A stretch of 64,000 bases of DNA from a virus, in the IMG/VR virus record IMGVR_UViG_3300045988_165036, positions 64,001 to 128,000 of that record; one strand, given 5' to 3'. Under the pieces are notes generated by a model. It saw nothing but the letters and a program-made list of their open reading frames with translations. It was not told the origin of the DNA and did not search any database. Position numbers and translations under genes: made by a program. Below are positions 7,610 through 17,371 of this stretch, piece by piece; positions within the stretch are counted from its first letter, which is position 1; every line of letters starts with the position of its first letter.

Positions 7610-8801
7610 AAAGGTGAAAGCGATTATAAAAACAATTCGAGTAATGTTGCTTCCAAACAACAAACAGCAAACTAAATTATTTCAATATGCCAATACTGCT
7701 CGTTTTGCTTATAACTGGGCAATAGGAAGAGAACAAGAAAATTATAAGAATGGTGGAAAATTTATATCTGATGGAGACTTACGAAAAGAGTTTACACAAT
7801 TAAAGAAAACTTCTGAATATGCGTGGCTAAACAATGTTTCTAACAATGTAACAAAGCAAGCAATTAAAGATGCTTGTGAGGCGTACAAAAATTTCTTTAA
7901 GGGAATTACAAAGTCCCCACGATTTAAGAGTAAGAAATATTCAATGCCGAAATTCTACCAAGATAATGTAAGAATTCAGTTTACAGACACACATGTAAAG
8001 ATTGAGGGTTTTGCTACGTCTAAGAAAAAGAATAAGCAAAGACTTAACTGGATAAGACTTGCCGAACGCGGAAGAACACCTATTGGAAATACAAAGTATA
8101 TGAATCCACGCATTAAATATGATGGACTTAATTGGTATATCACAGTTGGAATTGAATACGAAAATTCTACCGCTCCTCCAACCAACGAAGGTGTTGGAAT
8201 CGATTTAGGCATTAAAGATTTGGCAATATGTTCTGACAAGAACAAGTATCAGAATATAAACAAAACCCAAAGAGTTAAGAAGTTAGAAAAAAGAAAGCGC
8301 AGGCTACAACGTTCCATATCAAGAAAATATGAGAATAATAAGAAAGGAGAGCGTTACTGCAAAACAAGCAATATTATAAAAAGTGAAAAAGAACTTTTAA
8401 AATTGAATCACAGACTAACGAATATTCGTCAGAACTACCTACATCAAACAACATCTGAAATTGTAAAACGAAAACCAAGTTTTATCTGTATGGAAGATTT
8501 GAATGTGAGTGGAATGATGAAGAATAAACATTTGTCTAAAGCAGTTCAGCAACAAGGGTTTTATGAATTTAGGAGACAGATTGAATATAAGTCTGAGTGG
8601 AATAACATTCCAGTAATTATAGCAGATAGATTCTTCCCGAGTTCTAAGTTATGTAGTTGTTGTGGAAATATCAAAAAGGATTTGAAACTTAGCGACCGCA
8701 TTTACAAGTGTGAATGTGGAAATATCATAGATAGAGATTATCAAGCAAGTCTAAATCTGAAAAGACATGGAGAAATGTTATTAGAACAATCTGCATTATA
8801 A
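7593..8801 (+). CDS. tnpB: TnpB (IS200/IS605 OrfB-type RNA-guided nuclease), copy 1
   Basis: N-terminal ...LLPNNKQQTKLFQYANTARFAYNWA; RuvC GIDLGIKDLA; ...CMEDLNVSGM; Zn finger CSCCG..CECG; DRDYQASLNL; likely start GTG 7614. Confidence 0.85.
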   Translation: MLTFIRKVKAIIKTIRVMLLPNNKQQTKLFQYANTARFAYNWAIGREQENYKNGGKFISDGDLRKEFTQLKKTSEYAWLNNVSNNVTKQAIKDACEAYKNFFKGITKSPRFKSKKYSMPKFYQDNVRIQFTDTHVKIEGFATSKKKNKQRLNWIRLAERGRTPIGNTKYMNPRIKYDGLNWYITVGIEYENSTAPPTNEGVGIDLGIKDLAICSDKNKYQNINKTQRVKKLEKRKRRLQRSISRKYENNKKGERYCKTSNIIKSEKELLKLNHRLTNIRQNYLHQTTSEIVKRKPSFICMEDLNVSGMMKNKHLSKAVQQQGFYEFRRQIEYKSEWNNIPVIIADRFFPSSKLCSCCGNIKKDLKLSDRIYKCECGNIIDRDYQASLNLKRHGEMLLEQSAL

Positions 8802-8956
8802 CACTTTCAAGTTAATGCAGATATGTACTGGCACGTTAGTCAGGAATTTACGCCTATAGAGTGTACAAGAACTTGTGAGTAGTATATCAGAAATGATTAC
8901 AAAAGCATATACGATGAAATAGGAATGAAACATAAAAGTTTATAACTTTTTATAAG
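7599..8956 (+). mobile_element. TnpB-only IS-like element flanked by ACTTTT(T)ATAAG direct repeats
   Basis: ACTTTTATAAG 7599-7609 and ACTTTTTATAAG 8945-8956; no tnpA. Confidence 0.5.
8802..8956 (+). ncRNA. possible 3' part of the TnpB omega/reRNA (right-end region)
   Basis: Non-coding tail directly after tnpB, by analogy with known TnpB loci. Confidence 0.3.
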
Positions 8957-8977
8957 TTTTCAGTAACGGAAGCCACG

Positions 8978-9988
8978 ATGCTCACAGATGTTAAACAAAT
9001 GTTAATAGAAAACCCAGAGCACATCGTGGAATTGCTCGAAAGGTTTGAGTTCTGCCACATCCATCTCAAACGAACAGAAATTCGGTTTGCCCGTAACGAA
9101 GAAGGTGGTCAGAACATCTCAATTCGGCTCGAAGATAATCCTTCAATTTATGTTAAAGATTTCGTAACAAATGAGAACGGCGACATTATCGCGTATATAA
9201 TGAAAAGTCGTTCGGTGAAGTTTGTCGAAGTCTTGTCGGAAATCAAGAGCGTTCTCGGGCTTGGAGACGATTGGGAGCCCCCAAAGCGCGATATGTTGTT
9301 CGGTGGATTTTATGACCGAATTGGAGAGGATAGACATATTGAGATTACGACGTATCCCGAATCGATTATGGACCAATATGTCGATAAGGGAAATCGGCGC
9401 TGGCTCGATGATAACATTTCACTTGCGGTTCAGCACGAGTTCGGGGTCAGATTTGACCCGATAGAAGACCTGATTGTGTTTCCGTGGAGGTCGCCCGTCG
9501 GAGGAGAGATTATCGCAGTAAAAGCTCGCGTTAATCACCCGTTGGAAGATGGTCAACAGAAATATTGGTATGTTTACAAGGGCGCCGTCAGTAATTCTCT
9601 TTATGGTATTATGGAGAATTATAGCGGACTGTTTGGAAACGAAATTTGTGTTGTTGAAAGCGAAAAAGCCGTCCAGCAACTGGCGACAATGGGATATCGA
9701 AACACAGTGGCTCTTGGGTCGAGCAATTTGTCAGAGGAGCAGGCTCGGCTAATTATGACGCTTTCTCCGACTTCCGTTGTGTTCTTGTTGGACGAAGGAC
9801 TGGAAAAGGAACACACGATGAAAAATGTGGAAACATTGCGTCAGTATTGCGTATTAAGAGATTTGCCGATTCGTTGGTGGAATTGGACGAAAAGCTCGGT
9901 TGTTGATGGGAGCGGGAAGAATAGTCCGACCGATTTGGGGAAAGAGAGGTTTGACAAGGTTATGAGAGAGGAGCTAGAAGTGATTTAA
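8978..9988 (+). CDS. dnaG: DNA primase (TOPRIM, DnaG-like)
   Basis: ICVVESEKAVQQL..., VVFLLDEG acidic TOPRIM motifs; no RBS before ATG 8978. Confidence 0.7.
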   Translation: MLTDVKQMLIENPEHIVELLERFEFCHIHLKRTEIRFARNEEGGQNISIRLEDNPSIYVKDFVTNENGDIIAYIMKSRSVKFVEVLSEIKSVLGLGDDWEPPKRDMLFGGFYDRIGEDRHIEITTYPESIMDQYVDKGNRRWLDDNISLAVQHEFGVRFDPIEDLIVFPWRSPVGGEIIAVKARVNHPLEDGQQKYWYVYKGAVSNSLYGIMENYSGLFGNEICVVESEKAVQQLATMGYRNTVALGSSNLSEEQARLIMTLSPTSVVFLLDEGLEKEHTMKNVETLRQYCVLRDLPIRWWNWTKSSVVDGSGKNSPTDLGKERFDKVMREELEVI

Positions 9989-10947
9989 TGGGCGCATTTA
10001 AAGATATAACTGGACAGCAATTCGGAGACTTCATCATCGACTCTTTTGACCCGACAAAAGGTAAGTATAAATATTATTGGAATTGTCATTGTGTAAAATG
10101 TGGTTATAAAAAATCAGTAGAAGGAAGCAGTATTAGAGCCGGAAATAGTACAAGATGTATTTGTGATAAGTCTTTTGGACGAAGAGAAAGTCTCGGATAC
10201 GAAAAAGATATATCTGGAAAAGTTTATGGTGGTTTAACTGTTTTGGGCTATTGCGACACGAAAAGCACACGTTCAAGATGGCTGTGTAAATGCAATTGTG
10301 GGAACGAGGAAGTTTTTAGTATTTCACAATTAAAAAGAAGAAAAAATCTGATGTGTTCCCAATGTGTGGAAAAATATAAAGATATAAGAAATGTGATTTC
10401 AGAAGAAAATTTAGACTCTAATGGGATTCCAATAAATATTGTTCAATCTACTCAAAGAAAACAAAACAAATATGAAATTCAAAACGATGAGACTATTATC
10501 AACGATAAAATTATTGTAGATAGTAAGTTTATGGATTGTTTGAAATCATTCGATAGATACATTAGTATAGACAGCCGTGGATATGCATATTTTTCATATT
10601 GTGGTCAAGATGTATATTTACACAGACTTTTGACAAACACCTCATTATTTTTCGATACGAATGGCAAAGACATAGAAATAATCGATCATATAAACAGAAA
10701 TAGATGCGATAACAGAATTGAAAATTTAAGAACGATTAAAAAATCTGAAAACTCCATCAATTGTTCAGTATATTCAAATAATAAAAGTGGGTATAAAGGT
10801 ATTTCTTGGCTTGAAAGATTACAAAAATGGCAAGTGAACATTCAATACAGAAAGATAAATTATTATGTTGGCGTGTTTGAAAATATTGATGATGCAATTT
10901 TAGCAAGAAAACGAGCAGAAATGGATTTATTTGGAAAGGTGAATTAA
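9988..10947 (+). CDS. HNH homing endonuclease with C-terminal AP2 DNA-binding domain
   Basis: HINRNRCDNRIENLR (HNH_3-like) plus SGYKGISWLERLQKWQVNIQY...VGVFENIDDAILARKRAE (AP2). Confidence 0.8.
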   Translation: MGAFKDITGQQFGDFIIDSFDPTKGKYKYYWNCHCVKCGYKKSVEGSSIRAGNSTRCICDKSFGRRESLGYEKDISGKVYGGLTVLGYCDTKSTRSRWLCKCNCGNEEVFSISQLKRRKNLMCSQCVEKYKDIRNVISEENLDSNGIPINIVQSTQRKQNKYEIQNDETIINDKIIVDSKFMDCLKSFDRYISIDSRGYAYFSYCGQDVYLHRLLTNTSLFFDTNGKDIEIIDHINRNRCDNRIENLRTIKKSENSINCSVYSNNKSGYKGISWLERLQKWQVNIQYRKINYYVGVFENIDDAILARKRAEMDLFGKVN

Positions 10948-10949
10948 AA

Positions 10950-13900
10950 ATGCAAAATCTTCATCGGCATACTTCGTATTCAAATGTTTGTATTGCAGAT
11001 TCTGCGGCAACAAATGAACAATATGCCAAAAGAGCGGTAGAATTGGGTCACAAAGTAATTAGTAGCGTCGAGCACGGGTGGCAGGGATATTATTATCAAT
11101 GTTATGAACTTGCTCAAAAATATAATCTCAAATTTGTTTTTGGAGCAGAGGCATATTGGGTAAAAGACAGGAAAAAAGAATATGAAGAAATTGATCCATT
11201 GACAGGAGAACCGTTAAAAAATAAAGACGGAACAATAAAGGCGCATAAAGATAACTCTAATTGTCATATATTACTTCTTGCAAAAACAGAAATCGGAAGA
11301 CGCGCCATCAACAAAATTCTTTCAGAGGCAAACGAAACGGGGTATTATTTTAGACCCCGTGTCGATCTCGAACTTCTTCTTTCCCTCCCTCCTGACGATG
11401 TGGTCGTAACAACTGCTTGTGTGGCATATTGGAAATATGAAGATATCGAAGATATTACTCTTCGGTTGTGGAAACATTTTGGAAAAAACTTTTATCTGGA
11501 GATCCAAGCGCATAAAACAGAACAACAGAGAGAAATCTCCCGTAGAATTCTTTCCTTGTCGCGAAGATATGGAATTGAAATGATTGTTGGTCTTGACAGT
11601 CATTACATTTATCCGGAACAGGCACAGGAGAGAGAATATATTCTTGAAGCAAAAGACGTCCATTATAAAGACGAAGAGGGGTGGTATATGGACTATCCCG
11701 ACGACGAAGAGGTTATGAGACGTTTTATGGAGCAAGGAGTTTTTACAAGGGAACAGGTTCAAAGAGCGATGGATAACACGGACATCTCTCTAACGTTTGA
11801 TGATTATGCAAAAGACAATCCTGTTTTCAGCAAAGATATTAAACTTCCTACTCTTTATCCGAATCTTTCACAAGAAGAAAGAAACAAAAAATATAGTGTT
11901 CTGATTAGTAAGCTTTTTAGAGAGTATGCAGAGAAACATCACATTACGGGAGAAGAGTATAAGAGATATCTTGAAGGAATCAAAATGGAAGTTCAGACGG
12001 TTAAAGATACCGGAATGGCCGATTACTTCCTTCTCGACTATGAAATCGTCAAAAGAGCGATTGAAAAAGGGGGCGTTTTGACAGACAGTGGAAGAGGATG
12101 TTTTACGTCTGACGCAATGGCTTTAACGATGGGCGGAATCAAACATATTAACGAAGTTAAAGTTGGAGATTTTGTAATAGATCAAAACGGAAATCCGCAA
12201 AAAGTTGTTAACACAATGGAATATGATTGCGATGAGGAAATAGTTCAACTTCTTTATGCATATGGACCAAATACTCATAATCCATTGATTTGCACAAAAG
12301 ATCACAAGATCTTGATTCATAGAAACGGGCAAAATTCTTGGATTGAAGCCGGGAAAATTCAGCAAGGAGACTATGTTTGTTCTCCGAAAATTCATTTCGA
12401 AAATCGAGCACCTGAATATATTGATTTAAATGATTATAATGTTTTTGGGTATGATTTTGACGACGAATACATTTACGAATATCGTCCAGCTGCAAATGGT
12501 GTTGTTGAATTTAACTCCATTGATGTTTCTAAACACATTGGATGTTCCAAGCCGTGGGTTTTGCAAGTCGTTAAAAATCCTAATCGCACGAAGTTTAAGC
12601 ATCCCGAATATGTGGACAGATTATTGAAATATACCGGATTTAGTTCTCTTCAAGAATATAGGGATTATTTAAAAAACTCTCATGTTATCAAGATTAAGAG
12701 ATTTATAAAAAACGACGAGCTGTTCAACACGTGGATTGGTATGATGTATGGCGATGGATGGGTTCGCGGCGCGAAAGAATCTACAGAGGTTGGAATGGCG
12801 TTTTCTACCTATGGACACAAACAGTCTTACAACAGAGAGATTTGTATTAAAATGATCGAACGTTTTGGTGCTCCGTATAATTGTGCCATCCATAAAACAA
12901 AACAATTGGAACAAATTATTATGAAGAGCCGCATCGTTAATGAATTTTGTAAAAATTTTCTATTCACAAGTAAGAAGGGAAAGGCAAAAATCTTTAATCA
13001 AGATTTATTTTATCAATCCGAAAATAACTTAAGCGCGCTATTAAACGGTTTAACGATTACTGATGGGAGCATGGGAAAAGAAAAAAGAAGAGACAGCTTT
13101 GACAACACGTCTCAAAGCATTGTTGGAGCATATAAAATTTTAGTGTCGGCAGTCTCTCCTTGCCCCACAAGTCTGCTTGTCAGAAACGCATACGAAGATA
13201 GTAGAGGATATCATTCTCAGACTGGTTATAAAATAAGAGTTATGAAAGATACGGACACTCATGTGCTTTCGGCGTATAGAACTCTTTCTGACAACAACTA
13301 TGTTTATCTTCCTGTTTCTCAAATTAAGGCAATTGAGAAAAGCAAACGAAAAGTATATGACATTACCGTTGAAAATTCCCACAGTTATGTATTAGATAGC
13401 ATAGTTGTTCATAATTCATCAGTTGGATATTTCACAAACACTCTTCTTGGTTTTTCAAAAGTCGATAGATTTCAAAGTCCGATAACTCTTTATCCTGAAC
13501 GATTTATTAGTAAAACAAGAATTCTAGAAACCCATTCTCTTCCAGATATTGATATGAACTGGGGAACCCCCGAAATTGCAGAAGAAGCACAGAAAGAAAT
13601 TCTTGGAGACGACCACGCAATTCCAATGATCGCCTTCGGAACCTGTAAAAAGAAGTCGGCGTTTAAATTGTTCGCTCGTTCTCAAAATATGGATTTCGAA
13701 CTGGCAAACACCATCTCTTCGCAAATTGCAGATTATGAAGAAGCAGTTAAAAACGCAGAAGATGATGATAAAGATCAGATTGATATTTATGATTTTGTAG
13801 ATAAAAAATATTCCAACTATATTGAACAGAGCAAAAAGTATTGGGGCATTATTATGGATAAGAAGAAAGCTCCTTGTGCCTTTCTTCTTTATCAAGGCAA

Positions 13901-15554
13901 TATCCGAGAAGAAATTGGTCTGATTAAATGTAAGTCGGAATCAACAGGAAAAGAATTTTTAACAGCCGTTGTAGACGGAGCGATTGCAGAAAATTATAAA
14001 TTTCTAAAAAACGATATTCTTTGTGTAAGTATTGTTCTTTTGGTTGATAAGATTTATCGTAGAATTGGAATTCCGCACAAAACGGTTGAAGAACTGAAAG
14101 ATTTCGTTAAAAACGATCCAAAAACTTGGGACATTTATAAAAACGGATATACTCTTGGGGTTAATCAGTGTGAGCAAGTAAGTTCTGCAAAGAAAATGAT
14201 GCGCTTTCAAGCAAAAAACATTTCAGAACTTTCGGCGTGGATTGCCGCAATTCGCCCTGCTTTCAAGTCGATGTACTCCAAGTTTGAATCGAGGGAATCT
14301 TTTAGTTATGGAATTCCTGCCTTTGACAAACTCCTACAGACAGAAGAACTTCCGCAGTCGTGGATTTTGTATCAGGAGCAGTCGATGTCTGTTCTTTCGT
14401 ATGCAGGATTTCCGATGGATGAATGTTATGGAATCATAAAGGCAATTGCTAAAAAACACCCCGAAAAGGTTCGTCCGTTGAAGGATAGATTTATCGAAGG
14501 ATTCAAAAAGAGGATTGTTACAGAGGAAGGAATTGAAGAAACTCAAGCGCAGGAAATGAGCGAACGGGTTTGGCAAATCATCAACGACTCTTGCGGGTAC
14601 GGTTTCAATTCTGCTCACGCATATTGTATGGCAATCGATAGTCTTTCTTGCGCAATGTTGAAAGCGAATTATCCATACGAATTTTATGAGGTGCTTTTAC
14701 AGTTCCATTCAGATAGAGGAGAAAAAGATAAGGTTGGCGCTCTAAAAGCGGAAATGAAAAAGGCTTTTGGAATTCAAGAAGGTCCATATCGATTTGGAGA
14801 AGATAACCGAAAGTTTAATGCAATTCCGGAAAGAGGAATTATTCAACCGTCTCTCTTGTCAATTAAGGGATTGAGTCAGGATTTGGCAAACGACCTTTAT
14901 GAACTTTCTAAAACAAAACGATTCGATAATTTTATAGACCTGTTGAGAGAATTCGATCATATGAAATCAATGAATGTTGCGAAGTTGGATACATTGATTA
15001 AACTCAATTATTTCTCGCAATTCGCACCTATTGGAAAACTTCTGAACATTGTCGAGCTCTATAATAAGTTCGGAACCAGCAAAACACTCAAAGAATCTGA
15101 CGTTTTGTCTCTTCCAACGCCTATTCAAGAAGTTATTGCAAAATATACCGTTAAACCGAAAACACAGTATAAAATCACAGATAGCGACGGAATGCTCCGG
15201 GAACTCGCGGGGTTGGTTGGAGAACGCCCGATTACGATGATGATGCGGCTGGAATGGGAGCAACAGTATTTGGGTTATTGCGCTTCTACCGACCCATCGC
15301 AACAGGGAAGTTGGTTAGTTCTGGACGCCGATACTAAATATTCTCCGAAGTTGACAATTTTTTCTATTTGGAGTGGAGAACAGCGTGTTGTTAAAGTCTC
15401 GAAGCGCGACTTCCAATCCAATCCTCTCACCAAAGGTGATACAATTCGTCTGACTATCGAACAACGTCCGAAGGCGAAGCTCGTAGATGGACAGTGGGTT
15501 AAGGACGAAAACGTTAAAGAAGATTGGCTAAAATATTATTCAATTGTAAAGTAA
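10950..15554 (+). CDS. dnaE: DNA polymerase III alpha subunit (DnaE-like, PHP domain), containing an intein
   Basis: HRHTSYSN PHP motif; extein junction SGRG|SSVGYF corresponds to DnaE GPGRGSAAGS. Confidence 0.85.
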   Translation: MQNLHRHTSYSNVCIADSAATNEQYAKRAVELGHKVISSVEHGWQGYYYQCYELAQKYNLKFVFGAEAYWVKDRKKEYEEIDPLTGEPLKNKDGTIKAHKDNSNCHILLLAKTEIGRRAINKILSEANETGYYFRPRVDLELLLSLPPDDVVVTTACVAYWKYEDIEDITLRLWKHFGKNFYLEIQAHKTEQQREISRRILSLSRRYGIEMIVGLDSHYIYPEQAQEREYILEAKDVHYKDEEGWYMDYPDDEEVMRRFMEQGVFTREQVQRAMDNTDISLTFDDYAKDNPVFSKDIKLPTLYPNLSQEERNKKYSVLISKLFREYAEKHHITGEEYKRYLEGIKMEVQTVKDTGMADYFLLDYEIVKRAIEKGGVLTDSGRGCFTSDAMALTMGGIKHINEVKVGDFVIDQNGNPQKVVNTMEYDCDEEIVQLLYAYGPNTHNPLICTKDHKILIHRNGQNSWIEAGKIQQGDYVCSPKIHFENRAPEYIDLNDYNVFGYDFDDEYIYEYRPAANGVVEFNSIDVSKHIGCSKPWVLQVVKNPNRTKFKHPEYVDRLLKYTGFSSLQEYRDYLKNSHVIKIKRFIKNDELFNTWIGMMYGDGWVRGAKESTEVGMAFSTYGHKQSYNREICIKMIERFGAPYNCAIHKTKQLEQIIMKSRIVNEFCKNFLFTSKKGKAKIFNQDLFYQSENNLSALLNGLTITDGSMGKEKRRDSFDNTSQSIVGAYKILVSAVSPCPTSLLVRNAYEDSRGYHSQTGYKIRVMKDTDTHVLSAYRTLSDNNYVYLPVSQIKAIEKSKRKVYDITVENSHSYVLDSIVVHNSSVGYFTNTLLGFSKVDRFQSPITLYPERFISKTRILETHSLPDIDMNWGTPEIAEEAQKEILGDDHAIPMIAFGTCKKKSAFKLFARSQNMDFELANTISSQIADYEEAVKNAEDDDKDQIDIYDFVDKKYSNYIEQSKKYWGIIMDKKKAPCAFLLYQGNIREEIGLIKCKSESTGKEFLTAVVDGAIAENYKFLKNDILCVSIVLLVDKIYRRIGIPHKTVEELKDFVKNDPKTWDIYKNGYTLGVNQCEQVSSAKKMMRFQAKNISELSAWIAAIRPAFKSMYSKFESRESFSYGIPAFDKLLQTEELPQSWILYQEQSMSVLSYAGFPMDECYGIIKAIAKKHPEKVRPLKDRFIEGFKKRIVTEEGIEETQAQEMSERVWQIINDSCGYGFNSAHAYCMAIDSLSCAMLKANYPYEFYEVLLQFHSDRGEKDKVGALKAEMKKAFGIQEGPYRFGEDNRKFNAIPERGIIQPSLLSIKGLSQDLANDLYELSKTKRFDNFIDLLREFDHMKSMNVAKLDTLIKLNYFSQFAPIGKLLNIVELYNKFGTSKTLKESDVLSLPTPIQEVIAKYTVKPKTQYKITDSDGMLRELAGLVGERPITMMMRLEWEQQYLGYCASTDPSQQGSWLVLDADTKYSPKLTIFSIWSGEQRVVKVSKRDFQSNPLTKGDTIRLTIEQRPKAKLVDGQWVKDENVKEDWLKYYSIVK
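12099..13415 (+). mobile_element. intein (439 aa) with LAGLIDADG homing endonuclease
   Basis: Starts CFTSDAM; TKDHKIL block B; LAGLIDADG motifs WIGMMYGDGW and LLNGLTITDGS; ends VYDITVENSHSYVLDSIVVHN, +1 residue Ser. Confidence 0.85.
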
Positions 15555-15604
15555 AGGAGAAAAGTTTATGAATGATTCACTAAAGTGGAATAGGAGGGCG
15601 AGCA

Positions 15605-15932
15605 ATGGAGCAGGTACATTAACGCGGACACTTTTCAAAAGTTTCTCGAAGACAAAATTGAAGAAGCAAAACTTGACGAGGAGAACAGTTGCGGGGATGT
15701 ATGCTACGATATGGCAGTCGAGGCAATAGAGTGTGCCTTTAGAGAGATATTGTCGGAATTAAAAAACGAGCCAACCGCCGACGTAGAAGAAATTAAACAC
15801 GCTAAATGGGAAATGATCGGCAATTATAAGGTCGAATGTACAAATTGTCATCACATTAGAGACATCAAAACACAATGCGGTTGGAATTTCTGCCCAGCTT
15901 GCGGCGCGAAGATGATGGAGGAAGAAAAATGA
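15605..15932 (+). CDS. Zn-ribbon protein (paralog of 16533), frame disrupted right after its ATG
   Basis: AGGAGG 15592-15597, ATG 15605; the protein-like frame (SRYINADTFQKF...CTNCHH...CPACGAKM) is +1 from that ATG. Confidence 0.55.
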
Positions 15933-16210
15933 CAAACAAAGAAGCGATAAAATGTATTGAGAAACACAATGAACACCACAGCAAAAGCGAGCCATTCGCA
16001 GTCTATATAACGGAGGCATTAGCAATGGGGGTTGAAGCTCTCGAAAAACAGATTCCGAAAAAACCAAAACCAGACAAGGAATACCTTCTTGACAGAGTAT
16101 GCCCCAGATGCGGTTGTTATCTTGGAAATGTGCAATTTGTACCGAATAATTATCTTTATTGTCAACGGTGCGGTCAAGCGTTAGATTTGAGTGAAGAAAA
16201 TGAGAAATAA
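15929..16210 (+). CDS. hypothetical Zn-ribbon protein
   Basis: ATGA overlap with the previous stop; CPRCG...CQRCG. Confidence 0.6.
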   Translation: MTNKEAIKCIEKHNEHHSKSEPFAVYITEALAMGVEALEKQIPKKPKPDKEYLLDRVCPRCGCYLGNVQFVPNNYLYCQRCGQALDLSEENEK

Positions 16211-16520
16211 ATCAAGAAAACGCATAATGCACGAATTACGAATTGAAAACGAAAGACTTAAAGCCTCACTGCGGGGGTGCCGTGAAGAGCTATTCGGATA
16301 TAAGCAAATGTATGATATACGAGAAATTAGCGGTGCCGTCCTTGTGCCGAATTATGTGAGCGACGAAGAAAGGCAACAATATTTCAACCGATTCAAAATG
16401 GAAATGTCTCACAAAATTTGCGACTATGCTGATAGCAAAATACGCATCACACGGATTGGCGAAGAGCCTTTCTTGGATTGCGTTAGATATGAAGCCAATG
16501 TCAAACTGGCGCTATTTTGA
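16200..16520 (+). CDS. hypothetical protein
   Basis: ORF 16191..16520; ATG 16200. Confidence 0.5.
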   Translation: MRNKSRKRIMHELRIENERLKASLRGCREELFGYKQMYDIREISGAVLVPNYVSDEERQQYFNRFKMEMSHKICDYADSKIRITRIGEEPFLDCVRYEANVKLALF

Positions 16521-16532
16521 TGGCGGGATAAA

Positions 16533-16742
16533 ATGTCTAATTATATTGATAGAGACCTTGCAATTGAAATGATAACAAATGATGCGCCCGACCTTGTTTA
16601 TTATAACAAAAAAGATGCAGTAGATTGCCTTAAATGCGTTCCGCTTGCAGATGTGGAAGAAGTGCGACATGCTAAGTGGATTTATAAAGGTCATCACGAG
16701 ATGATGGGTCACGCATTTCAATGTTCTGCGTGTGAGCGATAG
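16533..16742 (+). CDS. Zn-ribbon protein, part upstream of an in-frame TAG
   Basis: MSNYIDRDLA...VEEVRHAKW...QCSACER-TAG(16740). Confidence 0.6.
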   Translation: MSNYIDRDLAIEMITNDAPDLVYYNKKDAVDCLKCVPLADVEEVRHAKWIYKGHHEMMGHAFQCSACER

Positions 16743-16844
16743 ATGTTTACTAATTCTCCAAACCACGTTGTCGAAGAATACCCCTATTGTCATTGTGGTG
16801 CGAAGATGGAAGACATCCAAGGATTTGGAGAAAACTATGATTGA
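16743..16844 (+). CDS. same-frame continuation carrying the second half of the Zn ribbon
   Basis: MFTNSPNHVVEEYPYCHCGAKMED aligns with ...NFCPACGAKMME of the paralog 15605..15932. Confidence 0.5.
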   Translation: MFTNSPNHVVEEYPYCHCGAKMEDIQGFGENYD

Positions 16845-17067
16845 TGAAGTAAGAGCTAAGAAAATTGTTGATGAGCTTGATAAGAGCTATCCAATGTTGG
16901 ACTATCAAAAAGAATTGATGATAAATATACTAGTTAATGAACGCCCCGACTATTCCTCTTATATTTTAAAGATGCAAAAACTTAATTTGTTATATCTACA
17001 ATATGTAAATAATATATTGTGTAAATCATTATTATTTAACAGAAAAGGAGACAAACGAAATGGATAA
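16837..17067 (+). CDS. hypothetical protein
   Basis: GGAG RBS, ATG 16837. Confidence 0.5.
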   Translation: MIDEVRAKKIVDELDKSYPMLDYQKELMINILVNERPDYSSYILKMQKLNLLYLQYVNNILCKSLLFNRKGDKRNG

Positions 17068-17329
17068 TCAGAAATTTGTAGAACTTGCAAAAAAGGCTGT
17101 TGCAGATTATTTTAACAGCCACAAAGAAATTACCGACGAAGGTCGGCTAACGCCAGACGACGTCTATGTCGTATGGTTGTGTAAAACACTTCAAAACAAC
17201 AAGGCTCTTTTGAGCACAAATGTTTGGGATGGCATGTATTACGAAGCAACATATAACGGTGATAAAAACGAAATGTATTTGGATGCCTACAAAAAATGGG
17301 ACAACAAGTGTATTAAAAACGAAGAGTAA
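17060..17329 (+). CDS. hypothetical protein
   Basis: AAGGAG RBS. Confidence 0.6.
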   Translation: MDNQKFVELAKKAVADYFNSHKEITDEGRLTPDDVYVVWLCKTLQNNKALLSTNVWDGMYYEATYNGDKNEMYLDAYKKWDNKCIKNEE

Positions 17330-17371
17330 ATAAAACTATAATTTCATTAGCAAGAAAGGAGAACAATTAAG

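Noticed and set aside
7600-8960. An IStron (group I intron fused to TnpB) that could splice out of the primase mRNA
   Set aside because: No P/Q/R/S-type core elements like those at 58590-58844. Only about 15 nt lie between the left repeat and tnpB, too little for a ribozyme.
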